Program-made: the position numbers and the translations under genes | Notes under the pieces: model-generated | What the model saw: only the letters and a program-made list of their open reading frames with translations | Database searches by the model: none | Told to the model about the DNA's origin: nothing | Shown: positions 9,656 through 20,021 of the stretch, piece after piece | How positions within the stretch are numbered: the first letter of the stretch is position 1 | How the letters are laid out: each line of letters starts with the position of its first letter | Assembly: GCA_017415805.1 (NCBI GenBank) | Contig: JAFQEC010000032.1 | Location: 2,411 to 66,410, forward strand | Length of the DNA stretch: 64,000 nt | Reading direction: 5' to 3' | DNA from: Clostridia bacterium | GTDB taxonomy: Bacteria > Bacillota > Clostridia > Oscillospirales > CAG-272

Positions 9656-9697
9656 TTTCAATATCCGACCAAACCAAAAGAAAAGGAGCACTGTGCC

Positions 9698-12289
9698 ATG
9701 ACACCGATGATGGAGCAGTATTTCGAGATCAAAAACAAATACAAGGACTATCTCGTGTTCTATCGCCTGGGCGATTTTTATGAGATGTTTTTTGACGACG
9801 CGAGGCTCGCCTCGCGCGAGCTGGAGCTCACCCTCACGGGGCGCGACTGCGGCGAGCCCGAGCGCGCGCCGATGTGCGGCGTGCCGTTTCACAGTGCAGA
9901 GAGCTACATCGCGCGCTTGATCGAAAAGGGATATAAGGTCGCGATCTGTGAGCAGATGGAGGATCCGTCCAAGGCCAAGGGGCTTGTCAAGCGCGACATC
10001 GTGCGCGTGGTCACGCCCGGCACGCTGCTCGAGCCCGGGATGCTCACCGAAAAGAAGAATAACTATGTCTGCGCCATCTGTATCGAGCAGGGGGCGTTCG
10101 GCGTTTGCTTTGCCGACGTTTCCACGGCGCAGATCCACGCCACCACACTCGCGGGAGACAACCGCATGGCACGGCTGCAAAGCGAGCTCGGCACCTTCGA
10201 GCCGCGCGAGGTCGTGGTGGATCTGCCGCATACCGACTTTGCGGAGCTTGCGGATTTCATCACCAACCGTGTGGGTGCGATGATCTCGGCAGGGGAGGCG
10301 GCACGCTTTGATTACACGGCCGCGTGCGCGCGTCTGCGTGCGCAGTTTGGCGATACGCTCCCGCAAGGCTGGGAGGAGCAACGGGCGATGGTCTGCTCGG
10401 TGGGTGCGCTGCTGGATTACATCGGTGAAATGCAGCGCAGTGACGTGGGCTACATCAAGGAGCTCACGGTCTACTCCGACGGCCAGTACATGGATATGGA
10501 CATCAATACGCGCCGCAATCTCGAGCTGACCGAGACCATGCGCAGCAAGGAGAAGCGCGGCACGCTGCTCTGGGTGCTCGATCGCACCCGCACCGCCCCC
10601 GGCGCGCGCCTCTTGCGCTCGTGGGTGGAGCATCCGCTGCTCTCCGATAAGGCCATCGTCACGCGCCAGGGTGCCGTGGAGGAGCTGTTTGGCAATTATA
10701 TGCTGCGCGGGGAGCTGGGCGACACGCTCTCGGGCGTGCTGGATCTCGAGCGCCTCATCACACGCATCGTCTACGGCACGGCCAATGCCAAGGACCTGCG
10801 CGCCGTTGCCGCTACCGTTGCCGTGCTCCCCGAGGTGCGCCGACTGCTTGCCGACTGCCGCGACGGGGAATTGCGCCGCATTTTTGAGGATCTGGACGAC
10901 CTTCGCGATATTCACGCCCTGATCGACGCCGCCATTGACGAGGATCCGCCCTTCGTTTTGCGCGAGGGGGGACTGATCCGCAAGGGCTACAATACTGATG
11001 TCGACTATCTGCGCTCGGTCATGCAGGACGGCAAATCGTGGATCGAGCGCGTGGCCGCCGAGGAGCGCGAGGCAACGGGCATCCGCACGCTCAAGATCGG
11101 CTATAACAAGGTGTTTGGCTATTACATTGAGGTGTCGAAGTCCTTTGTGGATCAGGTGCCCGAGCGCTATATTCGCAAGCAAACCCTCACAAACGGCGAG
11201 CGTTACATCACCGAGGAGCTTAAGGATATGGAGGCCACCATTCTCGGTGCGGCCGACAAGGTCTGCTCGCTCGAATACGAAATTTTCCAGGAGATCCGCG
11301 CCAAGGTCGCCGCCGAGGGCGAGCGCATTCAGCGCGTGGCCAACCGTCTGGCGGAGCTGGACGTGTATCTCTCGCTGGCCGACGTGGCGGCCAAGAACAA
11401 GTATGTGCGCCCCGAGGTCGATATGAGCGACACCGTGGTGATTCGCGACGGCCGCCATCCCGTTGTGGAGCAGTTCGTAAAGGACACGTATTTTGTGCCC
11501 AACGACGCGCTGCTTGACACCGACAAGAATCGCGTGATGCTCATCACCGGTCCGAACATGGCGGGTAAATCCACTTATATGCGTCAGGTCGCGCTGATCG
11601 TGCTGATGGCGCAGATCGGCTCGTTCGTGCCTGCCGCCGAGGCGCGCATCGGCATCGTGGACAAGCTGTTTACGCGCGTGGGCGCGTCGGACGATCTCGC
11701 GTCGGGGCAGTCCACCTTCATGCTGGAGATGAACGAGGTCGCCTACATTCTGCGCAACGCGACGCGCCGCAGTCTGATCATCTATGACGAGGTCGGGCGC
11801 GGCACGAGTACCTTTGACGGCATGAGCATTGCGCGTGCTATCGTGGAATACACGCACAGCCGCAGGATCGGCGCAAAAACGCTGTTTGCCACGCATTATC
11901 ACGAGCTCACCTCGCTCGAGGAGGAGCTGGACGGGGTGGTGAACTACAACATTGCCGCCAAGAAGCGCGGGGACAGTATCACGTTCCTGCGCAAGATCAT
12001 TCGCGGCTCCACCGACGACAGCTACGGCATTGAGGTCGCGAAGCTCGCAGGACTGCCGAACGAGGTCATTCGCCGTGCGCGCGAGGTGCTTGCCTCGGTT
12101 GAGGCCACGGCCAAGGCCGTGCAGACCGCGCCGACAGAGAACACAAAGCAACAGGATGACACGCTCATTACAATGGACGACTGTGTGAACGCGCAGGTCA
12201 TTGACGCCCTGCGCGGTATGGACATCAACACCCTCTCGCCCTATGAGGCCATGAGCTTTTTGTTCGATTTGAAGAAACGCCTGAATTAA
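9698..12289 (+). CDS. mutS: DNA mismatch repair protein MutS
   Basis: TPMMEQY, GDFYEMF, TGPNMAGKSTYMRQ, STFMLEM, DEVGRGTS, FATHYHEL. Confidence 0.98.
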   Translation: MTPMMEQYFEIKNKYKDYLVFYRLGDFYEMFFDDARLASRELELTLTGRDCGEPERAPMCGVPFHSAESYIARLIEKGYKVAICEQMEDPSKAKGLVKRDIVRVVTPGTLLEPGMLTEKKNNYVCAICIEQGAFGVCFADVSTAQIHATTLAGDNRMARLQSELGTFEPREVVVDLPHTDFAELADFITNRVGAMISAGEAARFDYTAACARLRAQFGDTLPQGWEEQRAMVCSVGALLDYIGEMQRSDVGYIKELTVYSDGQYMDMDINTRRNLELTETMRSKEKRGTLLWVLDRTRTAPGARLLRSWVEHPLLSDKAIVTRQGAVEELFGNYMLRGELGDTLSGVLDLERLITRIVYGTANAKDLRAVAATVAVLPEVRRLLADCRDGELRRIFEDLDDLRDIHALIDAAIDEDPPFVLREGGLIRKGYNTDVDYLRSVMQDGKSWIERVAAEEREATGIRTLKIGYNKVFGYYIEVSKSFVDQVPERYIRKQTLTNGERYITEELKDMEATILGAADKVCSLEYEIFQEIRAKVAAEGERIQRVANRLAELDVYLSLADVAAKNKYVRPEVDMSDTVVIRDGRHPVVEQFVKDTYFVPNDALLDTDKNRVMLITGPNMAGKSTYMRQVALIVLMAQIGSFVPAAEARIGIVDKLFTRVGASDDLASGQSTFMLEMNEVAYILRNATRRSLIIYDEVGRGTSTFDGMSIARAIVEYTHSRRIGAKTLFATHYHELTSLEEELDGVVNYNIAAKKRGDSITFLRKIIRGSTDDSYGIEVAKLAGLPNEVIRRAREVLASVEATAKAVQTAPTENTKQQDDTLITMDDCVNAQVIDALRGMDINTLSPYEAMSFLFDLKKRLN

Positions 12290-12299
12290 GGAGCGCAAA

Positions 12300-14252
12300 A
12301 TGGGAAAAATCAATGTACTTTCCTTTGCCGTTGCCAATCTGATCGCTGCGGGTGAGGTGGTGGACCGCCCCGCCTCGGTGATCAAGGAGCTCCTGGAAAA
12401 CGCCATTGACGCGGGGGCCACCCGTGTCACGGTGGAGATCCAGCACGGCGGCATCACCTTTATGCGCGTAGCGGATAACGGATGCGGCATGGAAAAGGAG
12501 GATCTGCCCGTGGCCATCCGCCGCCACGCCACCAGCAAGATCCGCGAGGCGGACGATCTGGACGGGATCGCAACGCTGGGCTTTCGCGGCGAGGCACTGG
12601 CGGCGATCGCCGCCGTTTCGGATCTGCGCATCATCACGCGCACCGCGCAAAACGAGTTTGGCTATATGCTCCAGTCCAGCGGCGGCGAGGTGAAGGACGT
12701 TGTGGAGCAGGGGTGTCCCGTGGGTACGACGGTGATCGTAGAGAACCTCTTTGGTAACGTCCCTGCACGCCGCAAGTTCCTCAAAAAGGATGTGTCCGAG
12801 TCGATCGCGGTCACCACGTATGTGGAGAAGATCGCGCTCTCGCACCCCGATATTGCCATTCGGCTGATCGTGGACGGCAATCTGAAGCTGGATACCGCAG
12901 GCGACGGCGATCTGCGCTCCGCGATGTACGCGGTGTTCGGCCGCGATTTCGTGGCGCGCACCATCCCCGTCGAGGGCGGGAACGAGAGCGTCAAGGTGCG
13001 CGGCTTCATCGGTCGCCCCGATAACGTGCGCCCCAAGCGCAATTTTGAGAATTTCTTTATCAACGGCCGTTATATCAATTGCCGCACCGCGGCGGCGGCA
13101 CTGGAGCAGGCGTTTACGTCCTTTATCCCGCCCGAGAAATTCCCGTGCTGCGTGCTGCATATCGAGATCAATCCTGCGGCCGTGGACGTCAACGTTCACC
13201 CCGCCAAATTAGAGGTCAAGTTTTCCAACGAAAGACCTGTGTTTGAGGCGGTCTATTACGCTGTGCGCGCCGCGCTGGAGGCCAATACCGATCGCCCCGA
13301 CCTTAAGCTGAAGGATGCCGTGCCCGATGCCGTGCGTGCCTTCGTGCCGATCGAGGAGGGGAAGCGCGAGTCGGTGGCCGCGCGTCAGATCTCAATGCGA
13401 GATATGCCTGCCAAGCCTGCGGCAGCACCCGAGCCCTTTGCGCGCATGAGCGCCGCAGACTATGCCGCGCGCTATACCGCCGAGGGCAAGGAAGCCCAAA
13501 GAGCGTCTGCCTCTCTGCCGTACCGCACGGATGGTTTGGCAGTCCCTAAAAAAGAAGAAATTCCGCATCCGCCACTGCGCGTGTCAGATACCGCGCATGC
13601 TGCACCGCCAAAAACGGCGTCTGCACCCCAAGCACCGTCCGTCGCGCCTGTTGAGACCGCACCTGCTATCGAGAGCTGGCGTATCATCGGTGAGGCGTTC
13701 CATACCTACGTGATCGTAGAGCGCGGAGAGGAGCTTTTGCTCATCGACAAGCACGCCGCGCACGAGCGTGTGCTCTTTGAGGATCTCAACGCCCGCCGCA
13801 AGGCCGATACCGCCAAAACCGCACAAATGCTTCTTGTGCCGTATCCGCTAACGGTGAGTGCCGAGGAGCGCGAAACGCTGGAGTTCTATCGCACCGAGAT
13901 CGAGGCCGTGGGCTTCGGCTACGCGCTGACGGCACACGGTGCAGGACTCTCCGAGATCCCCGCAGGGCTCTCACCCGCGGCGGCAGGGGAGCTGCTGCTC
14001 ACACTGGCCGAGGGCTTGCGCGAGGGCACGGGCAACGCGGAGCTCGCGCGTGACATTGTGTTTGAAAAGGCACTCTATCAGGGCGCGTGCAAGGCCGCAC
14101 TCAAGGCGGGGCGTGAGTATCCCCCCGAATACGTGGAGGCGCTGTGCCGCCGATTGATGGCACTGCCCGACATTACAGTCTGTCCGCACGGCAGACCCAT
14201 CGCCGTGGTGCTCACGCGCGCGACGCTCCACCGCCAGTTCGGCAGAGGTTGA
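12300..14252 (+). CDS. mutL: DNA mismatch repair endonuclease MutL
   Basis: IAAGEVVDRPASVIKELLEN, GFRGEAL, DVNVHPAK, DKHAAHER, CPHGRP. Confidence 0.98.
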   Translation: MGKINVLSFAVANLIAAGEVVDRPASVIKELLENAIDAGATRVTVEIQHGGITFMRVADNGCGMEKEDLPVAIRRHATSKIREADDLDGIATLGFRGEALAAIAAVSDLRIITRTAQNEFGYMLQSSGGEVKDVVEQGCPVGTTVIVENLFGNVPARRKFLKKDVSESIAVTTYVEKIALSHPDIAIRLIVDGNLKLDTAGDGDLRSAMYAVFGRDFVARTIPVEGGNESVKVRGFIGRPDNVRPKRNFENFFINGRYINCRTAAAALEQAFTSFIPPEKFPCCVLHIEINPAAVDVNVHPAKLEVKFSNERPVFEAVYYAVRAALEANTDRPDLKLKDAVPDAVRAFVPIEEGKRESVAARQISMRDMPAKPAAAPEPFARMSAADYAARYTAEGKEAQRASASLPYRTDGLAVPKKEEIPHPPLRVSDTAHAAPPKTASAPQAPSVAPVETAPAIESWRIIGEAFHTYVIVERGEELLLIDKHAAHERVLFEDLNARRKADTAKTAQMLLVPYPLTVSAEERETLEFYRTEIEAVGFGYALTAHGAGLSEIPAGLSPAAAGELLLTLAEGLREGTGNAELARDIVFEKALYQGACKAALKAGREYPPEYVEALCRRLMALPDITVCPHGRPIAVVLTRATLHRQFGRG

Positions 14253-14298
14253 ATTACATACAGGGTCGAGCTGTATTCTCGGCACCGAAAGGAAAGCT

Positions 14299-15441
14299 AT
14301 GTCAAAATTTGAACTGCTAAAGCAAGAGGGCCGCGCACGGCGCGGTGTCCTGCACACCATACACGGTGACATCCAGACTCCCGTTTTCATGAACGTGGGC
14401 ACGTGTGCCGCCATCAAGGGCGGCGTTTCGACCGTGGAGCTTGAGGAGATCGACTGCCAGGTCGAGCTCTCGAACACCTATCATCTGCATCTGCGCCCGG
14501 GCGACGGTCTCATCCGCGACATGGGGGGCTTGCACAAATTTATGAACTGGAAGCGCCCGATCCTCACTGACAGCGGCGGATTTCAGGTATTTTCGCTCTC
14601 ACAGCTGCGTAAAATTACCGAAGAGGGCGTGCGCTTTGCCTCGCACATCGACGGCAAGCGTATTTTCATGGGCCCAGAGGAGAGCATGCAGATCCAATCC
14701 AATCTTGCATCCACCATCGCCATGGCGTTTGACGAATGTATTGAAAATCCCGCGCCCTACGACTACGTGAAGGAGTCGATCGCGCGCACCTACCGCTGGC
14801 TTGTGCGCTGTAAGGCCGAAATGGCGCGCCTGAACGCCCTGCCCGATACCATCAACCGCGAGCAGATGCTCTTTGGTATCAATCAAGGCAGCACCTATGC
14901 AGATCTGCGCGTGGAGCACATGAAGCAGATCGCCGAGCTGGATCTGGACGGCTACGCCATCGGCGGCCTTGCCGTGGGTGAAACGGCCGACGAAATGTAC
15001 CGCATCATCGACGCGGTCGAGCCGCATATGCCAAAGGACAAGCCGCGGTATCTCATGGGCGTGGGCACGCCCTGCAATATTCTCGAGGCCGTGCATCTGG
15101 GTGTGGATTTCTTTGACTGTGTGATGCCCAGCCGCAACGCGCGCCACGGAAATCTGTTCACATGGCACGGCAAGATCAATCTACTCAATGAAAAATACGC
15201 GCGAGATCCCCGTCCGCTGGACGAGGGCTGCAATTGCCCCACGTGCCGCAATTACTCGCGTTCCTACATCCGTCACCTCATCAAGGCAAAGGAGTCGCTT
15301 GGCATGCGCTTTGCCGTCACGCACAACCTCTATTTCTACAACGAGCTCACGCGCAGGATGCGTGAGGCGCTGGAGGGCGGATACTTCGAGAGCTTTTATC
15401 AGAAATACCGCAATATTCTGGGCGAGCGCCATCCCGACTAA
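14299..15441 (+). CDS. tgt: tRNA-guanine transglycosylase
   Basis: TPVFM, NTYHL, TDSGGFQVFSL, GGLAVGE, PRYLMGVG, DCV, Zn-binding CNCPTC. Confidence 0.97.
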   Translation: MSKFELLKQEGRARRGVLHTIHGDIQTPVFMNVGTCAAIKGGVSTVELEEIDCQVELSNTYHLHLRPGDGLIRDMGGLHKFMNWKRPILTDSGGFQVFSLSQLRKITEEGVRFASHIDGKRIFMGPEESMQIQSNLASTIAMAFDECIENPAPYDYVKESIARTYRWLVRCKAEMARLNALPDTINREQMLFGINQGSTYADLRVEHMKQIAELDLDGYAIGGLAVGETADEMYRIIDAVEPHMPKDKPRYLMGVGTPCNILEAVHLGVDFFDCVMPSRNARHGNLFTWHGKINLLNEKYARDPRPLDEGCNCPTCRNYSRSYIRHLIKAKESLGMRFAVTHNLYFYNELTRRMREALEGGYFESFYQKYRNILGERHPD

Positions 15442-15465
15442 GAGCCTTGCCGAAAAGGAGAAATT

Positions 15466-16848
15466 ATGATCGAAAAACACACCCTCGAGGAGCTGCTTGG
15501 CATCGCGGTGTCCACGGGTGCGGATTTTGCCGAGGTCTTTGCCGAGCACGAGCACTCCAACACCATTCGCCTCGTCGCAGAGAGGATCGAGTCGATCCGC
15601 GATCACGTGCGTGCGGGCGTGGGCATCCGCGCCTTTGTGGGCACCAAGACCTACTATGCCTCGACCTCGGATACCTCGCGTGAGGGGCTGCTTGCCTGTG
15701 CCGCCGCTGTGGCGGGCGCAGTGGGCGACGCCAAGAGCGCGGGCGCGCGCATCACGCTGATGCCCGATGCGATCCCGGACCGTCACGCCATTCGCCTGTA
15801 TCCCGACGACGTGGCAACGCGCGAGAAGGTGGAGCTTTTGCGTGAGGCGTGCACCGCCGCGCGCGAGACCGACGAGCGCATCGCACAGGTGCAGGGCACG
15901 TTCCTGGACGTGGATCGCCGCTTTTTGGTGGCGAACACCGAGGGGCTGTGCCGCACCGACCGCAAGGTGCGCACGCGCATCGCCGTGAGTGCCGTGGCCT
16001 CGGCCGCAGGGGAGAACCAATCGGGCTCGTTTGCACCCGGTGCCGGCATGGGCATGGAGCTTTTTGAGACCGTATCTCCGCGTGCTGTGGGCAAGCGTGC
16101 CGCCGATCAGGCGCTGACCAATCTCGGCGCGGTCTATTGCCCCGCGGGCACGATGACCGTGGCCATCGAAAACGGCTTTGGCGGCGTGATCTTCCATGAG
16201 GCGTGCGGCCACTCGCTGGAGGCCACGTCCGTGGGTATCGGCGCGTCGCAAATGGCAGGAAAGCTGGGGCAGCAGATTGCAAACCCCAAGGTGACCGCCA
16301 TTGACGACGGCACCATCCCCAACGGCTGGGGCTCGTACAGCATCGACGATGAGGGCAACCCCGCACAGCGCAACGTGCTCATTGAGAACGGCATTTTGAA
16401 GGGCTATATGATCGACCGCCTCGGCGCGCGCCGCATGGGGCTTCCCATGACGGGCAACAGCCGCCGCGAGAGCTATACCTACGAGCCCACCTCGCGCATG
16501 ACCAACACTTTTATTGACAACGGCCCCGACAAAAACGAGGATATCATCGCCTCGATCGAATACGGGCTTTACGCCAAGGACATGGGCGGTGGCTCGGTCA
16601 ATCCTCTGACGGGCGAATTCAATTTCGCCGTCAAGGAGGGCTACTTGGTGCGCAACGGCAAGATCTGTGAGGCCGTGCGCGGCGCGTCGCTGATCGGCAC
16701 GGGCGCGCAGATCCTGCAAGACATTGACATGGTGGGGCAGAACCTCGCCACGGGGCAGGGTATGTGCGGCTCATCCAGCGGCAGCGTGCCCACCGACGTG
16801 GGCCAGCCCCTCATTCGCGTGCGCAAGATCACGGTAGGAGGTCGCTGA
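15466..16848 (+). CDS. tldD: TldD metalloprotease catalytic subunit
   Basis: HEACGHSLE zinc motif, SRMTNT, GMCG. Confidence 0.93.
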   Translation: MIEKHTLEELLGIAVSTGADFAEVFAEHEHSNTIRLVAERIESIRDHVRAGVGIRAFVGTKTYYASTSDTSREGLLACAAAVAGAVGDAKSAGARITLMPDAIPDRHAIRLYPDDVATREKVELLREACTAARETDERIAQVQGTFLDVDRRFLVANTEGLCRTDRKVRTRIAVSAVASAAGENQSGSFAPGAGMGMELFETVSPRAVGKRAADQALTNLGAVYCPAGTMTVAIENGFGGVIFHEACGHSLEATSVGIGASQMAGKLGQQIANPKVTAIDDGTIPNGWGSYSIDDEGNPAQRNVLIENGILKGYMIDRLGARRMGLPMTGNSRRESYTYEPTSRMTNTFIDNGPDKNEDIIASIEYGLYAKDMGGGSVNPLTGEFNFAVKEGYLVRNGKICEAVRGASLIGTGAQILQDIDMVGQNLATGQGMCGSSSGSVPTDVGQPLIRVRKITVGGR

Positions 16849-18185
16849 TGAACTTCGAACAGATCAAAAAAATTTTGTTCCGCGAGGCTAAAAAAGCAGG
16901 CCTTTCGGAGTTTGATGTGTATTTCCGCATGTCGAGCGAGAGCGCGGCAGAGGCACTCAACCGCGAGCTCTCCAGCTTCTCGTCGGGCACGGTGGGGGGC
17001 GTGTCCTTCCGCTGTACGGTCGACGGGCGCCTTGGAAGCGCCGCAACGCAGTGCTTGCAGGAGGCGGAGCTTTGTGCGCTCGTACCCCGCGCCGTGGCCA
17101 ACGCCACGGTGATCGACACCGATGAGCAGCCGATCTTTTTCGAGGGCTCGGCACACTACCAAGCACCGACCGCCGTCCTGCCCGATATCCCCGATGCGGC
17201 TGAGCTGCGCCGCGCGGTGCTCGCACTGCAAGAGGAGCTGTATGCCGCAAGTGACCGCGTCACCGACGGCACGTCCAGTGCCGCAGGGGGTGCTATGACC
17301 GAGGTCTCGATCGCCAATTCCAAGGGGCTTTTGCTCTCGCACCGTATGGGCATGACCTACACCTATGCCGAGGCGGTGGTCAAGGAGGGCGAGGAGGCCG
17401 CGTACGGCACGTCCTTTGGGAAAATGCCCCTCTCGGACGCGTGCGCGCTCTCGCACAAGGCCGTGGACGAGGCCCTCTCCAAGCTGGGCGCAGGGAACGT
17501 GAAAACAGGGAAATACGACGTGATCTTCTCGGCGCGTCAGGTGCGCACGCTGCTCGCGGCCTTCTCGGGCGTGTTCAGCGGCAAGAACGCCCTGCTCGGT
17601 CTTTCCTTGCTCAGGGGCAAGGAGGGCAGTGCGGTGGCCGCCCCGTGTCTGTCGCTTGTGGACGATCCGTTTTACGCCGAGAATACGGTGCAGCTGCCCT
17701 TTGACGCCGAGGGCGTGGCCGTTTTTGAAAAAAAGGTGATCGACAAGGGCGTTTTACAGACGCTGCTCTATGACCTCACCACGGCCAAAAAGGCAGGATG
17801 CGCGACCACGGGCAACGCACAGCGCGGCTCATATGCCGACCCCATTTCGATCGCGCCCTATTGCCTGCGCGTGGAAGGGGGCGTATATACGCCCGAGGAG
17901 CTGCGCGCGCGGCTTGGTGACGGGTTGTATATCACCGAACTCAAGGGTCTGCACGCAGGCGCGGATGCCGTTACGGGCGATTTTTCGATCGAGAGCGCGG
18001 GCTTTCTGGTAAAGAACGGTGCGCTCGCCGCCCCCGTGCACTCCTTCACAGTCGCGGGCAATTTCTTTGAGCTGCTTCGCGCCGTGGACGGCGTGGCCGA
18101 TAACGTGGAAATGGGAATGTCGTCCCTTTCCTGCATCGCCGCACCCGACCTGCTCGTGCGTGGACTTTCGGTCGCGGGCGAATAA
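16848..18185 (+). CDS. pmbA: TldE/PmbA metalloprotease partner subunit
   Basis: FDAEGV, TTGNA, GLHAGAD, GDFS; ATG overlaps tldD stop (TGATG) with ggagg RBS. Confidence 0.9.
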   Translation: MNFEQIKKILFREAKKAGLSEFDVYFRMSSESAAEALNRELSSFSSGTVGGVSFRCTVDGRLGSAATQCLQEAELCALVPRAVANATVIDTDEQPIFFEGSAHYQAPTAVLPDIPDAAELRRAVLALQEELYAASDRVTDGTSSAAGGAMTEVSIANSKGLLLSHRMGMTYTYAEAVVKEGEEAAYGTSFGKMPLSDACALSHKAVDEALSKLGAGNVKTGKYDVIFSARQVRTLLAAFSGVFSGKNALLGLSLLRGKEGSAVAAPCLSLVDDPFYAENTVQLPFDAEGVAVFEKKVIDKGVLQTLLYDLTTAKKAGCATTGNAQRGSYADPISIAPYCLRVEGGVYTPEELRARLGDGLYITELKGLHAGADAVTGDFSIESAGFLVKNGALAAPVHSFTVAGNFFELLRAVDGVADNVEMGMSSLSCIAAPDLLVRGLSVAGE

Positions 18186-18210
18186 TTTGTAAAAAAAATG
18201 ATGACAGGAC

Positions 18211-18239
18211 TTGATTGTTTTCGCGTTCTGTTATATAAT
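18211..18239 (+). promoter_or_regulatory. sigmaA promoter of argS
   Basis: TTGATT-17bp-TATAAT. Confidence 0.75.
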
Positions 18240-18271
18240 GAACTGTCGAAATTTTCTTTAAGAGGAATGTT

Positions 18272-20008
18272 ATGCTGACGATGAAAAAAGAGATCGCCGC
18301 GGCTCTGGCCGACGGGATCGCCAAGCTCGGCGCACCCACCGTGCCCGAGGCCGCGGAAATCGCGGCAATGCTGGAGTATCCGCCAGAGGAAAGCATGGGC
18401 GACCTGGCCCTGCCTTGCTTCAAATTAAGCCGCACCCTGCGGCGCGCCCCCGTGCAGATCGCAGCGGCCTTGGCTGACGCGCTTGCGGATGTGGCGTGTG
18501 TGCAGAAGGCCGAGGCCGTGAACGGATATTTGAATATCACCATCGCGGGGCAGTACCTGCTCGATCGCGTGCTGGCCGATATTTTTGCCAAGGGTGAAAA
18601 ATACGGCGCGAGCGATATGGGCAAGGGCAAGACCGTGGTGCTGGACTACTCCTCGCCCAACGTGGCCAAGCCCTTCCATATCGGGCATCTCGGCACCACC
18701 GTGATCGGTCACTCGCTCAAAAAGCTTCACGAGTTTGCGGGCTACGGTTGCGTGGGCATCAACTACCTCGGTGACTGGGGCACCCAGTTCGGCAAGCTCA
18801 TCGTGGCTTACAAGAAGTGGGGCAACCGCGAGATGATCGAGCAGGGGGGAATCGACAAGCTGGTCGAGCTCTACGTGCAGATCAACAACGCCATCTCGGG
18901 CAATGAGGAGAAGTGTATCCCCGCCGATCCCGCACTCGGGGACGAGGCACGCGCCGAGTTCCACAAGCTCGAGCAGGGAGACGAGGAAAATCTTGCGCTC
19001 TGGCGCTGGTTTATCGACATCAGCCTTGCTGAATATGAAAAGACCTACAAGCAGCTGGGCATTGAGTTTGACAGCTATAAGGGCGAGAGCTTTTATACCG
19101 ATAAAATGCCCGCCCAGGTACAAAAGCTGCGCGATCAGGGGCTTCTCAAGATCGACGACGGCGCATCCATCGTGGACCTTGAGCCCTACGGCATGCCGCC
19201 CTGCCTGATCCTCAAGCGCGACGGCTCCACGCTCTATCCCACGCGTGACATCGCCGCCGCGGTCTACCGCAAAGAGACCTATGACTTCGACAAGGCCATC
19301 TACGTGACCTCGGCAGGGCAGAGCCTGCACTTTGCACAGTGGTTCAAGGTCGTGGAGCTGATGGGCTACGAGTGGTTCGATCAGCTCGTGCACGTGCCCT
19401 ACGGCACGGTCAGCATCAACGGCGCCAAGCTCGCCACGCGTACGGGCAACGTGGTGCTGCTCAAGGATCTGTTCAAGGCGGCCATCGACGAGGTGGCGGC
19501 CATTATGGAGCAGAAGAACCCCAATATCGAGAACAAGGCCGAGGTTGCCGAGGCGGTGGGCGTTGGCGCGATCGTGTTCTACTACCTCTCCAACAGCCGC
19601 ATCAAGGACATCAATTTCGTGATGGAGGATGCCCTCAATTTTGACGGCAATACGGGCCCCTACGTCCAGTACACCTACGCACGCACCTGCGCGGTTCTGC
19701 GCAAGGCGGGCGAGGACGAGGGGGGCACGCTCAAGATCACCGCGCCCGAGGAGGGCACGCTGCTCAAGACCCTCGCGCGCTTCCCCGAGAAGGTGCTCTC
19801 GGCCATTGCCGATTACGAGCCCTCGGTCATCACGCGCTATATTCTGGAGGTGGCGGCCGCCTTCAATCGCTTCTACCACAGCTGCCCGATTCTTGGCAGC
19901 GAGGATGCGGACGTGCGCGCCACCCGTGTGGCCATCACCCGTGCGGCAAACATCGTGCTGGGCAACGCCTTCCCGTTGATTTGCCTCAAGAAAATGGAAA
20001 AAATTTAA
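18272..20008 (+). CDS. argS: Arginyl-tRNA synthetase
   Basis: DYSSPNVAKPFHIGH, NYLGDWGTQFG, GNTGPYVQY, FNRFYH. Confidence 0.98.
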   Translation: MLTMKKEIAAALADGIAKLGAPTVPEAAEIAAMLEYPPEESMGDLALPCFKLSRTLRRAPVQIAAALADALADVACVQKAEAVNGYLNITIAGQYLLDRVLADIFAKGEKYGASDMGKGKTVVLDYSSPNVAKPFHIGHLGTTVIGHSLKKLHEFAGYGCVGINYLGDWGTQFGKLIVAYKKWGNREMIEQGGIDKLVELYVQINNAISGNEEKCIPADPALGDEARAEFHKLEQGDEENLALWRWFIDISLAEYEKTYKQLGIEFDSYKGESFYTDKMPAQVQKLRDQGLLKIDDGASIVDLEPYGMPPCLILKRDGSTLYPTRDIAAAVYRKETYDFDKAIYVTSAGQSLHFAQWFKVVELMGYEWFDQLVHVPYGTVSINGAKLATRTGNVVLLKDLFKAAIDEVAAIMEQKNPNIENKAEVAEAVGVGAIVFYYLSNSRIKDINFVMEDALNFDGNTGPYVQYTYARTCAVLRKAGEDEGGTLKITAPEEGTLLKTLARFPEKVLSAIADYEPSVITRYILEVAAAFNRFYHSCPILGSEDADVRATRVAITRAANIVLGNAFPLICLKKMEKI

Positions 20009-20021
20009 GGAGATAACAGGT

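Noticed and set aside
9221-12643. 1140-aa antisense ORF, and similar long shadow ORFs (3122-4564, 18425-20179, 21973-23823, 24895-26805, 58965-61310)
   Set aside because: They lie opposite well-supported genes, show no RBS or recognisable motifs, and are expected from GC-rich third-position bias
13480-13680. Compositionally different Pro/Ala-rich stretch inside mutL
   Set aside because: Corresponds to the normal variable linker between the ATPase and endonuclease domains
14245-14298. Possible preQ1 riboswitch upstream of tgt
   Set aside because: Only a 6-bp hairpin (atacag/ctgtat); the preQ1 loop motif and A-rich tail are absent
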